64,000 bases of DNA, taken from positions 33,356,001 to 33,420,000 of the forward strand of contig OZ024740.1 in NCBI GenBank assembly GCA_964016885.1, in the 5' to 3' direction. Positions 1 to 15,000 of the stretch are shown here, piece after piece. The position numbers and the translations under genes are program-made. Each line of letters begins with the position of its first letter. The stretch's first letter is position 1. The DNA comes from Eledone cirrhosa. Its lineage: Eukaryota. The notes beneath the pieces were generated by a model. The model saw only the letters and a program-made list of their open reading frames with translations. It was not told the DNA's origin and searched no databases.

Positions 1-3000
1 CCTCTATATATTCTAGATAGAAAGTGACCATGTATATATTCTAGATAGAAAGTGACCATGTATATATTCTAGATAGAAAGTAACCATCTATATATTTTAG
101 ATTGAAAATGACCATCTATATATATATTCTAGATAGAAAGTGTTCATATATATATTCTAGATAGAAAGTGTTCATCTATATATTCTAGATAGAAAGTGAC
201 CATCTATATATTCCAGATAAAAAGTGTTCATCTATATATTCTACATAGAAAGTGTTCATCTATATATTTTAGATAGAAAGTGTTTATTTATATATTCTAG
301 ATAGAAAGTGTTCATCTATATATTCTAGATAGAAAGTGACCATCTATATATTCTAGATAGAATGTATTCATCTATATTTTCTAGATAGAAAGTGACCATC
401 TATATATTCTAGATAGAAAATGACCATCTATATATTCTATATAGAAAGTGACCATTTATATATTTTAGATAGAAAGTGTTCATTTATATATTCTAGATAG
501 AAAATGACCATCTATATATTTTAGATAGAAAGTGACCATCTATATATTTTAGACAGGAAGTGTTCATCTATATATTCTAGATAGAAAGTGACCATCCATA
601 TAATCTAGATAGAAAGTTTTCATATATATATTCTAGATAGGAAGTGACCATCTATATATTTTAGATAGAAAGTGTTCATCTATATATTCTAGAGAGAAAG
701 TGTTCATCTATATATTTTAGATAGAAAGTGACCATCTATATATTTTAGATAAAAAGTGACCATCTATATATTTTAGATAGAAAGTGTTCATCTATATATT
801 CTAGATAGAAAGATTTCATATATATATTCTAGATAGAAAGTTTTCATATATATATTCTAGATAGAAAGTGACCATCTATATATTTTAGATAGAAAGTGTT
901 CATCTATATATTCTAGATAGAAAGTGACCATCTATACATTCTAGATAGAAAGTGTTCATCTATATAATCTAGATAGAAAGTGTTCATCTATATATTCTAG
1001 ATAGAAAGTGACCATGTATATATTCTAGATAGAAAGTGTTCATCTATATATTTTAGATAGAAATTGACCATCTATATATTTTTAGATAGAAAGTGACCAT
1101 CTATATATTTTAGATAGAAAGTAACCATCTATATATTCTAGATAGAAAGTGTTCATCTATATATTCCAGATAGAAAGTGTTCATCTATATAATCTAGATA
1201 GAAAGTGTTCATCTATATATTCTAGATAGAAAGTGACCATGTATATATTCTAGATAGAAAGTAACCATCTATATATTTTAGATTGAAAATGACCATCTAT
1301 ATATATATTTTAGATAGAAAGTGTTCATATATATATTCTAGATAGAAAGTGTTCATATATATATTCTAGATAGAAAGTGTTCATCTATATATTCCAGATA
1401 AAAAGTGTTCATCGATATATTCTACATAGAAAGTGTTCATCTATATATTTTAGATAGAAAGTGTTTATTTATATATTCTAGATAGAAAGTGTTCATCTAT
1501 ATATTTTAGATAGAAAGTGACCATCTATATATTCTATATAGAAAGTAACATCTATATATTTTAGATAGAAAGTGTTCATCTATATATTCTAGATAGAAAA
1601 TGACCATCTATATATTTTAGATAGAAAGTGACCATCTATATATTTTAGACAGAAAGTGTTCATCTATATATTCTAGATAGAAAGTGACCATCTATATATT
1701 CTAGATAGAAAATGACCATCTATATATTTTGGATAGAAAGTGTTCATCTATATATTCTAGATAGAAAGTGACCATCTATATATTCTAGATAGAAAGTGTT
1801 CATCTATATATTCTAGATAGAAAGTGACCATCTATATATTCTAGATAGAAAATGACCATCTATATATTTTGGATAGAAAGTGTTCATCTATATATTCTAG
1901 ATAGAAAGTGACCATCTATATATTCTAGATAGAAAGTGTTCATCTATATATTCTAGATGGAAAGTGACCATCTATATATTCCAGATAGAAAGTGTTCATC
2001 TATATATTCTAGATAGAAAGTGTTCATCTATATATTCTACATAGAAAGTGTTCATCTATATATTTTAGATAGAAAGTGTTTATTTATATATTCTAGATAG
2101 AAAGTGTTCGTCTATATATTCTAGATAGAAAGTGACCATCTATATATTCTAGATAGAATGTATTCATCTATATTTTCTAGATAGAAAGTGACCATCTATA
2201 TATTCTAGATAGAAAGTGTTCATCTATATATTCTAGATAGAAAGTGACTATCTATATATTCTAGATAGAAAATGACAATCTATATATTTCAGATAGAATG
2301 TGACCATCTATATATTTTAAATAGAAAATGACCATCTATATATTCTAGATAGAAAGTGTTCATCTATATATTCTAGATAGAAAGTGTTCATCTATATATT
2401 CAACATAGAAAGTGTTCATCTATATATTTTAGATAGAAAGTGTTTATTCATATATTCTAGATAGAAAGTGTTCATCTATATATTCTAGATAGAAAGTGAC
2501 CATCTTTATATTTTAGATAAAAAATGTTCATCTATATATTCTAGATAGAAAGTGACCATCTATACATTCTAGATAGAGAGTGTTCATCTATATATTCTAG
2601 ATAGAAAGTGTTCATCTATATATTCCAGATAGAAAGTGTTCATCTGTATATTCTAGATAGAAAGTGACCATCTATATATTCTAGATAGAAAGTGCCCATC
2701 TATATATTCTAGATAGAAAGTGACCATGTATATATTCTGGATAGAAAGTAACCATCTATATATTTTAGATTGAAAATGACCATCTATATATATATTCTAG
2801 ATAGAAAGTGTTCATATATATATTCAAGATAGAAAGTATTCATCTATATATCCCAGATAGAAAGTGTTCATCTATATATTCTACATAGAAAGTGTTCATC
2901 TATATATTTTAGATAGAAAGTGTTTATTTATATATTCTAGATAGAAAGTGTTCATCTATATATTCCAGATAGAAAGTGTTCATCTATATATTCTAGATAG

Positions 3001-6000
3001 AAAGTGACCATCTATATATTCTAGATAGAAAGTGTTCATCTATATATTCTAGATAGAAAGTGACTATCTATATATTCTAGATAGAAAATGACAATCTATA
3101 TATTTCAGATAGAATGTGACCATCTATATATTTTAAATAGAAAATGACCATCTATATATTCTAGATAGAAAGTGACCATCTATATATTTTAGATAGAAAG
3201 TGACCATCTATATATTTTAGACAGAAAGTGTTCATCTATATATTCTAGATAGAAAGTGTTCATCTATATATTCTAGATAGAAAGTGACCATCTATATATT
3301 CCAGATAGAAAGTGTTCATCTATATATTCTAGATAGAAAGTGTTCATCTATATATTCTACATAGAAAGTGTTCATCTATATATTTTAGATGGAAAGTGTT
3401 TATTTATATATTCTAGATAGAAAGTGTTCATCTATACATTCTAGATAGAATGTATTCATCTATATTTTCTAGATAGAAAGTGACCATCTATATTTTCTAG
3501 ATAGAAAGTGACCATCTCTATATTCTAGATAGAAAGTGACCATTTATATATTTTAGATAGAAAGTGTTCATTTATATATTCTAGATAGAAAATGACCATC
3601 TATATATTTTAGATAGAAAGTGACCATCTATATATTTTAGACAGAAAGTGTTCATCTATATATTCTAGATAGAAAGTGACCATCCATATAATCTAGATAG
3701 AAAGTTTTCATATATATATTCTAGATAGAAAGTGACCATCTATATATTTTAGATAGAAAGTGTTCATCTATATATTCTAGAGAGAAAGTGTTCATCTATA
3801 TATTTTAGATAGAAAGTGACCATCTATATATTTTAGATAAAAAGTGACCATCTATATATTTTAGATAGAAAGTGTTCATCTATATAATCTAGATAGAAAG
3901 TGTTCATCTATATATTCTAGATAGAAAGTGACCATCTATATATTCTAGATAGAAAGTGACCATGTATATATTCTAGATAGAAAGTAACCATCTATATATT
4001 TTAGATTGAAAATGACCATCTATATATATATTCTAGATAGAAAGTGTTCATATAGATATTCTAGATAGAAAGTGTTCATCTATATATTCCAGATAAAAAG
4101 TGTTCATCTATATATTCTACATAGAAAGTGTTCATCTATATATTTTAGATAGAAAGTGACCATCTATATATTTTAGATAAAAAGTGACCATCTATATATT
4201 TTAGATAGAAAGTGTTCATCTATATAATCTAGATAGAAAGTGTTCATCTATATATTCTAGATAGAAAGTGACCATGTATATATTCTAGATAGAAAGTGAC
4301 CATGTATATATTCTAGATAGAAAGTAACCATTTATATATTTTAGATTGAAAATGACCATCTATATATATATTCTAGATAGAAAGTGTTCATATATATATT
4401 CTAGATAGAAAGTGTTCATCTATATATTCCAGATAAAAAGTGTTCATCTATATATTCTACATAGAAAGTGTTCATCTATATATTTTAGATAGAAAGTGTT
4501 TATTTATATATTCTAGATAGAAAGTGTTCATCTATATATTTTAGATAGAAAGTGACCATCTATATATTCTATATAGAAAGTGACATCTATATATTTTAGA
4601 TAGAAAGTGTTCATCTATATATTCTAGATAAAAAATGACCATCTATATATTTTAGATAGAAAGTGACCATCTATATATTTTAGACAGAAAGTGTTCATCT
4701 ATATATTCTACATAGAAAGTATCCATCTATATATTCTAGATAGAAAGTGACTATCTATATATTCTAGATAGAAAATGACAATCTATATATTTCAGATAGA
4801 ATGTGACCATCTATATATTATAAATAGAAAACGACCATCTATATATATATTCTAGATAGAAAGTGTTCATCTATATTTTCTACATAGAAAGTGTTCATCT
4901 ATATATTTTAGATAGAAAGTGTTTATTTATATATTCTAGATAGAAAGTGTTCATCTATATATTCTAGATAGAAAGTGACCATCTATATATTCTAGATAGA
5001 ATGTATTCATCTATATTTTCTAGATAGAAAGTGACCATCTATATATTCTAGATAGAAAGTGTTCATCTATATATTCTAGATAGAAAGTGACTATCTATAT
5101 ATTCTAAATAGAAAATGACAATCTATATATTTCAGATAGAATGTGACCATCTATATATTATAAATAGAAAATGACCATCTATATATTCTAGATAGAAAGT
5201 GACCATCTATATATTTTAGATAGAAAGTGACCATCTATATATTTTAGACAGAAAGTGACCATTTATATATTTTAGAGAGAAAGTGTTCATTTATATATTC
5301 TAGATAGAAAATGACCATCTATATATTTTAGATAGAAAGTGACCATCTATATATTTTAGACAGAAAGTGTTCATCTATATATTCTAGATAGAAAGTGACC
5401 ATCCATATAATCTAGATAGAAAGTTTTCATATATATATTCTAGATAGAAAGTGACCATCTATATATTTCAGATAGAATGTGACCATCTATATATTATAAA
5501 TAGAAAATGACCATCTATATATTCTAGATAGAAAGTGTTCATCTATATATTCTAGATAGAAAGTGACTATCTATATATTCTAGATAGAAAATGACAATCT
5601 ATATATTTCAGATAGAATGTGACCATCTATACATTTTAGATAGAAAGTGACCATCTATATATTTTAGACAGAAAGTGTTCATCTATATATTCTAGATAGA
5701 AAGTGACCATCCATATAATCTAGATAGAAAGTTTTCATATATATATTCTAGATAGAAAGTGACCATCTATATATTTCAGATAGAATGTGACCATCTATAT
5801 ATTATAAATAGAAAATGACCATCTATATATTCTAGATAGAAAGTGACCATCTATTTATTTTAGATAGAAAGTGACCATCTATATATTTTAGACAGAAAGT
5901 GTTCGTCTATATATTCTAGATAGAAAGTGTTCATATATATATTCTAGATAGAAAGTGACCATCTATATATTCTAGATAGAAAGTGTTCATCTATATATTC

Positions 6001-9000
6001 TAGATAGAAAGTGTTCATCTATATATTCTAGATAGAAAGTGACCATCTATATATTCTAGATAGAATGTACTCATCTATATTTTCTAGATAGAAAGTGACC
6101 ATCTATATATTCTAGATAGAAAGTGTTCATCTATATATTCTAGATAGAAAGTGACTATCTATATATTCTAGATTGAAAATGACAATCTATATATTTCAGA
6201 TAGAATGTGACCATCTATATATTTTAAATAGAAAATGACCATCTATATATTCTAGATAGAAAGTGACCATCTATATATTTTAGATAGAAAGTGACCATCT
6301 ATATATTTTAGACAGAAAGTGTTCATCTATATATTCTAGATAGAAAGTGTTCATCTATATATTCTAGATAGAAAGTGTTCATCTATATATTCTACATAGA
6401 AAGTGTTCATCTATATATTTTAGATAGAAAGTGTTTATTTATATATTCTAGATAGAAAGTGTTCATCTATATATTCTCGATAGAAAGTGACCATCTATAT
6501 ATTCTAGATAGAATGTATTCATCTATATTTACTAGATAGAAAGTGACCATCTATATATTCTAGATAGAAAGTGACCATCTATATATTCTAGATAGAAAGT
6601 GACCATCTTTATATTTTAGATAAAAAGTGTTCATCTATATATTCTAGATAGAAAGTGACCATCTATACATTCTAGATAGAGAGTGTTCATCTATATATTC
6701 TAGATAGAAAGTGTTCATCTATATATTCCAGATAGAAAGTGTTCATCTATATATTCTACATAGAAAGTGTTCATCTATATATTTTAGATAGAAAGTGTTT
6801 ATTTATATATTCTAGATAGAAAGTGTTCATCTATATATTCCAGATAGAAAGTGTTCATCTATATATTCTAGATAGAAAGTGACCATCTATATATTCTAGA
6901 TAGAAAGTGTTCATCTATATATTCTAGATAGAAAGTCACTATCTATATATTCTAGATAGAAAATGACAATCTATATATTTCTAGATAGATTGTGACCATC
7001 TATATATTTTAAATAGAAAATGACCATCTATATATTCTAGATAGAAAGTGACCATCTATATATTTTAGATAGAAAGTGACCATCTATATATTTTAGACAG
7101 AAAGTGTTCATCTATATATTCTAGATAGAAAGTGTTCATCTATATATTCTAGATAGAAAGTGACCATCTATATATTCCAGATAGAAAGTGTTCATCTATA
7201 TATTCTAGATAGAAAGTGTTCATCTATATATTCTACATAGAAAGTGTTCATCTATATATTTTAGATAGAAAGTGTTTATTTATATATTCTAGATAGAAAG
7301 TGTTCATCTATATATTCTAGATAGAAAGTGACCATCTATATATTCTAGATAGAATGTATTCATCTATATTTTCTAGATAGAAAGTGACCATCTATATATT
7401 CTATATAGAAAGTGACCATTTATATATTTTAGATAGAAAGTGTTCATTTATATATTCTAGATAGAAAATGACCATCTATATATTTTAGATAGAAAGTGAC
7501 CATCTATATATTTTAGACAGAAAGTGTTCATCTATATATTCTAGATAGAAAGTGACCATCCATATAATCTAGATCGAAAGTTTTCAAATATATATTCTAG
7601 ATAGAAAGTGACCATCTATATATTCCAGATAGAAAGTGTTCATCTATATATTCTAGATAGAAAGTGTTCATCTATATATTCTACATAGAAAGTGTTCATC
7701 TATATATTTTAGATAGAAAGTGTTTATTTATATATTCTAGATAGAAAGTGTTCATCTATATATTCTAGATAGAAAGTGACCATCTATATATTCTAGATAG
7801 AATGTATTCATCTATATTTTCTAGATAGAAAGTGACCATCTATATATTCTAGATAGAAAGTGTTCATCTATATATTCTAGATAGAAAGTGACTATCTATA
7901 TATTCTAGATAGAAAATGACAATCTATATATTTCAGATAGAATGTGACCATCTATATATTTTAAATAGAAAATGACCATCTATATATTCTAGTTAGAAAG
8001 TGACCATCTATATATTTTAGATAGAAAGTGACCATCTATATATTTTAGACAGAAAGTGTTCATCTATATATTCTAGATAGAAAGTGTTCATCTATATATT
8101 CTAGATAGAAAGTGACCATCTATATATTCCAGATAGAAAGTGTTCATCTATATATTCTAGATAGAAAGTGTTCATCTATATATTCTACATAGAAAGTGTT
8201 CATCTATATACTTTAGATAGAAAGTGTTTATTTATATATTCTAGATAAAAAATGTTCATCTATATATTCTAGATAGAAAGTGACCATCTATATATTCTAG
8301 ATAGAATGTATTCATCTATATTTTCTAGATAGAAAGTGACCATCTATATATTCTAGATAGAAAGTGACCATCTATATATTCTATATAGAAAGTGACCATT
8401 TATATATTTTAGATAGAAAGTGTTCATCTATATATTCCAGATAGAAAGTGTTCATCTATATAATCTAGATAGAAAGTGTTCATCTATATATTCTAGATAG
8501 AAAGTGACCATGTATATATTCTAGATAGAAAGTAACCATCTATATATTTTAGATTGAAAATGACCATCTATATATATATTCTAGATAGAAAGTGTTCATA
8601 TATATATTCTAGATAGAAAGTGTTCATATATATATTCTAGATAGAAAGTGTTCATCTATATATTCCAGATAAAAAGTGTTCATCTATATATTCTACATAG
8701 AAAGTGTTCATCTATATATTTTAGATAGAAAGTGTTTATTTATATATTCTAGATAGAAAGTGTTCATCTATATATTTTAGATAGAAAGTGACCATCTATA
8801 TATTCTATATAGAAAGTGACATCTATATATTTTAGATAGAAAGTGTTCATCTATATATTCTAGATAGAAAATGACCATCTATATATTTTAGATAGAAAGT
8901 GTTCATCTATATATTCTAGATAGAAAGTGAACATCTATATATTCTAGATAGAAAATGACCATCTATATATTCTAGATGGAAAGTGTTCATCTATATATTC

Positions 9001-12000
9001 TAGATAGAAAGTGTTCATCTATATATTCTAGATAGAAAGTGAACATCTATATATTCTAGATAGAAAATGACCATCTATATATTTTAGATAGAAAGTGTCC
9101 ATCTATATATTCTAGATAGAAAGTGACCATCTATATATTCTAGATAGAAAGTGTTCATCTATATATTCTAGATAGAAAGTGACTATCTATATATTCTAGA
9201 TAGAAAATGACAATCTATATATTTCAGATAGAATGTGACCATCTATATATTTTAAATAGAAAATGACCATCTATATATTCTAGATAGAAAGTGATCATCT
9301 ATATATTTTAGATAGAAAGTGACCATCTATATATTTTAGACAGAAAGTGTTCATCTATATATTCTAGATAGAAAGTGACCATCTATATATTCTAGATAGA
9401 AAGTGTTCATCTATATATTCTAGATAGAAAGTGTTCATCTATATATTCTACATATAAAGTGTTCATCTATATATTTTAGATAGAAAGTGTTTATTTATAT
9501 ATTCTAGATAGAAAGTGTTCATCTATATATTCTAGATAGAAAGTGACCATCTATATATTCTAGATAGAATGTATTCATCTATATTTTCTAGATAGAAAGT
9601 GACCATCTATATATTCTAGATAGAAAGTGACCATCTATATATTCTATATAGAAAGTGACCATTTATATATTTTAGATAGAAAGTGTTCATTTATATATTC
9701 TAGATAGAAAATGACCATCTATATACTCTAGATAGAAAGTGACCATCCATATAATCTAGATAGAAAGTTTTCATATATATATTCTAGATAGGAAGTGTTC
9801 ATCTATATATTTTAGATAGAAAGTGACCATCTATATATTTTAGATAAAGAGTGACCATCTATATATTTTAGATAGAAAGTGTTCATGTATATATTCTAGA
9901 TAGAAAGTTTTCATATATATATTCTAGATAGAAAGTGACCATCTATATATTTTAGATAGAAAGTGTTCATCTATATATTCTAGATAGAAAGTGACCATCT
10001 ATACATTCTAGGTAGAAAGTGTTCATCTATATAATCTAGATAGAAAGTGTTCATCTATATATTCTAGATAGAAAGTGACCATGTATATATTCTAGATAGA
10101 AAGTGTCCATCTATATATTTTAGATAGAAATTGACCATCTATATATTTTAGATAGAAAGTGACCATCTATATATTTTAGATAGAAAGTAACCATCTATAT
10201 ATTCTAGATAGAAAGTGTTCATCTATATATTCCAGATAGAAAGTGTTCATCTATATATTCTAGATAGAAAGTGACCATGTATATATTCTAGATAGAAAGT
10301 AACCATCTATATATTTTAGATTGAAAATGACCATCTATATATATATTCTAGATAGAAAGTGTTCATATATATATTCTAGATAGAAAGTGTTCATATATAT
10401 ATTCTAGATAGAAAGTGTTCATCTATATATTCCAAATAAAAAGTGTTCATCTATATATTCTACATAGAAAGTGTTCATCTATATATGTTAGGTAGAAAGT
10501 GTTTATTTATATATTCTAGATAGAAAGTGTTCATCTATATATTTTAGATAGAAAGTGACCATCTATATATTCTATATAGAAAGTGACATCTATATATTTT
10601 AGATAGAAAGTGTTCATCTATATATTCTAGATAGAAAATGACCATCTATATATTTTAGTTAGAAAGTGACCATCTATATATTTTAGACAGAAAGTGTTCA
10701 TCTATATATTCTAGATAGAAAGTGACCATCTATATATTCTAGATAGAAAATGACCATCTATATATTTTAGATAGAAAGTGTTCATCTATATATTCTAGAT
10801 AGAAAGTGACCATCTATATATTCTAGATAGAAAGTGTTCATCTATATATTCTAGATAGAAAGTGACTATCTATATATTCTAGATAGAAAATGACAATCTA
10901 TATATTTCAGATAGAATGTGACCATCTATATATTTTAAATAGAAAGTGACCCTCTATATATTTTAGATAGAAAGTGACCATCTATATATTTTAGACAGAA
11001 AGTGTTCATCTATATATTCTAGATAGAAAGCGTTCATCTATATATTCTAGATAGAAAGTGACCATCTATATATTCCAGATAGAAAGTGTTCATCTATATA
11101 TTCTAGATAGAAAGTGTTCATCTATATATTCTACATAGAAAGTGTTCATCTATATATTTTAGATAGAAAGTGTTTATTTATATATTCTAGATAGAAAGTG
11201 TTCATCTATATATTCTAGATAGAAAGTGACCATCTATATATTCTAGATAGAATGTATTCATCTATATTTTCTAAATAGAAAGTGACCATCTATATATTCT
11301 AGATAGAAAGTGACCATCTATATATTCTATATAGAAAGTGACCATTTATATATTTTAGATAGAAAGTGTTCATTTATATATTCTAGATAGAAAATGACCA
11401 TCTATATATTTTAGATAAAAAGTGACCATCTATATATTTTAGACAGGAAGTGTTCATCTATATATCCTAGATAGAAAGTGACCATCCATATAATCTAGAT
11501 AGAAAGTTTTCATATATATATTCTAGATAGAAAGTGACCATCTATATATTTTAGATAGAAAGTGTTCATCTATATATTCTAGAGAGAAAGTGTTCATCTA
11601 TATATTTTAGATAGAAAGTGACCATCTATATATTTTAGATAAAAAGTGACCATCTATATATTTTAGATAGAAAGTGTTCATCTATATATTCTAGATAGAA
11701 AGTTTTCATATATATATTCTAGATAGAAAGTGACCATCTAAATATTTTAGATAGAAAGTGTTCATCTATATATTCTAGATAGAAAGTGACCATCTATACA
11801 TTCTAGATAGAAAGTGTTCATCTATATAATCTAGATAGAAAGTGTTCATCTATATATTCTAGATAGAAAGTGACCATGTATATATTCTAGATAGAAAGTG
11901 TTCATCTATATATTTTAGATAGAAATTGACCATCTATATATTTTAGATAGAAAGTGACCATCTATATATTTTAGATAGAAAGTAACCATCTATATATTCT

Positions 12001-15000
12001 AGATAGAAAGTGTTCATCTATATATTCTAGATAGAAAGTGACCATCTATATATTCCAGATAGAAAGTGTTCATCTATATATTCTAGATAGAATGTATTCA
12101 TCTATATTTTCTAGATAGAAAGTGACCATCTATATATTCTAGATAGAAAGTGTTCATCTATATATTCTAGATAGAAAGTGACTATCTATATATTCTAGAT
12201 AGAAAATGATAGAATGTATTCATCTATATTTTCTAGATAGAAAGTGACCATGTATATATTCTAGATAGAAAGTTACCATCTATATATTCTAGATTGAAAA
12301 TGACGATCTATATATTTTAGATAGAAAGTGACCATCTATATATTTGAGATAGAAAATGACCATCTATATATTCTAGATAGAAAGTGACCATCCATATATT
12401 TTAGATAGAAAGTGTTCATCTATATATTCTAGATAGAAAGTAACCATCTATACATTCTAGATAGAAAGTGTTCATCTATATATTCTAGATAGAAATTGAC
12501 TATCTATATATTCTAGATAGAAAGTGTTTATCTATATAGTCCAGATAGAAAGTGTTCATCTATATAATCTAGATAGAAAGTGTTCATCTATATATTCTAG
12601 ATAGAAAGTAACCATCTATATATTCTAGATAGAAAGTGACCATGTATATATTCTAGATAGAAAGTGACCAAGTATATATTCTAGATAGAAAGTAACCATC
12701 TATATATTTTAGATTGAAAATGACCATCTATATATATATTCTAGATAGAAAGTGTTCATATATATATTCTAGATGGAAAGTGTTCATCTATATATTCCAG
12801 ATAAAAAGTGTTCATCTATATATTTTAGATAGAAAGTGTTTATTTATATATTCTAGATAGAAAGTGACTATCTATATATTGTTAATAGAAAGTGTTCATC
12901 TATATATTCTAGATAGAAAGTTACCCTCTATATATTCTAGATAGAAAGTGACCATCTATATATTTTAGATAAAAAGTGTTCATCTATATATTCTAGATAG
13001 AAAGTGTTCATTTATATATTCTAGATAGAAAGTGTTCATCTATATATTCCAGATAGAAAGTGTTCATCTATATATTCTAGATAGAAAGTGTTCATCTATA
13101 TATTCTAGATAGAAAGTGTTCATCTCTATATTCTAGATAGACATGGTTCATCTATATATTCTAGATAGAAAGTGACCATCTATATATTCTAGATAGAAAG
13201 TGACCATCTATATATTTTAGATAGAAAGTGACCATCTTTATATTTTAGTTAAAAAGTGACCATCTATATATTCTAGATAGAAAGTGTTCATCTATATATT
13301 TTAGATAGAAAATGACCATCTATATATTCTAGATAGAAAGTAACCATCTATATATTTTAGATTGAAAATGACCATCTATATATATATTCTAGATAGAAAG
13401 TGTTCATATATATATTCTAGATAGAAAGTGTTCATATATATATTCTAGATAGAAAGTGTTCATCTATATATTCCAAATAAAAAGTGTTCATCTATATATT
13501 CTACATAGAAAGTGTTCATCTATATATGTTAGATAGAAAGTGTTTATTTATATATTCTAGATAGAAAGTGTTCATCTATATATTTTAGATAGAAAGTGAC
13601 CATCTATATATTCTATATAGAAAGTGACATCTATATATTTTAGATAGAAAGTGTTCATCTATATATTCTAGATAGAAAATGACCATCTATATATTTTAGT
13701 TAGAAAGTGACCATCTATATATTTTAGACAGAAAGTGTTCATCTATATATTCTAGATAGAAAGTGACCATCTATATATTCTAGATAGAAAATGACCATCT
13801 ATATATTTTAGATAGAAAGTGTTCATCTATATATTCTAGATAGAAAATGACCATCTATATATTCTAGATAGAAAGTGACCATCCATATATTTTAGATAGA
13901 AAGTGTTCATCTATATATTCTAGATAGAAAGTAACCATCTATACATTCTAGATAGAAAGTGTTCATCTATATATTCTAGATAGAAATTGACTATCTATAT
14001 ATTCTAGATAGAAAGTGTTTATCTATATAGTCCAGATAGAAAGTGTTCATCTATATAATCTAGATAGAAAGTGTTCATCTATATATTCTAGATAGAAAGT
14101 AACCATCTATATATTCTAGATAGAAAGTGACCATGTATATATTCTAGATAGAAAGTGACCAAGTATATATTCTAGATAGAAAGTAACCATCTATATATTT
14201 TAGATTGAAAATGACCATCTATATATATATTCTAGATAGAAAGTGTTCATATATATATTCTAGATGGAAAGTGTTCATCTATATATTCCAGATAAAAAGT
14301 GTTCATCTATATATTTTAGATAGAAAGTGTTTATTTATATATTCTAGATAGAAAGTGACTATCTATATATTGTTAATAGAAAGTGTTCATCTATATATTC
14401 TAGATAGAAAGTTACCCTCTATATATTCTAGATAGAAAGTGACCATCTATATATTTTAGATAAAAAGTGTTCATCTATATATTCTAGATAGAAAGTGTTC
14501 ATTTATATATTCTAGATAGAAAGTGTTCATCTATATATTCCAGATAGAAAGTGTTCATCTATATATTCTAGATAGAAAGTGTTCATCTATATATTCTAGA
14601 TAGAAAGTGTTCATCTCTATATTCTAGATAGACATGGTTCATCTATATATTCTAGATAGAAAGTGACCATCTATATATTCTAGATAGAAAGTGACCATCT
14701 ATATATTTTAGATAGAAAGTGACCATCTTTATATTTTAGTTAAAAAGTGACCATCTATATATTCTAGATAGAAAGTGTTCATCTATATATTTTAGATAGA
14801 AAATGACCATCTATATATTCTAGATAGAAAGTAACCATCTATATATTTTAGATTGAAAATGACCATCTATATATATATTCTAGATAGAAAGTGTTCATAT
14901 ATATATTCTAGATAGAAAGTGTTCATATATATATTCTAGATAGAAAGTGTTCATCTATATATTCCAAATAAAAAGTGTTCATCTATATATTCTACATAGA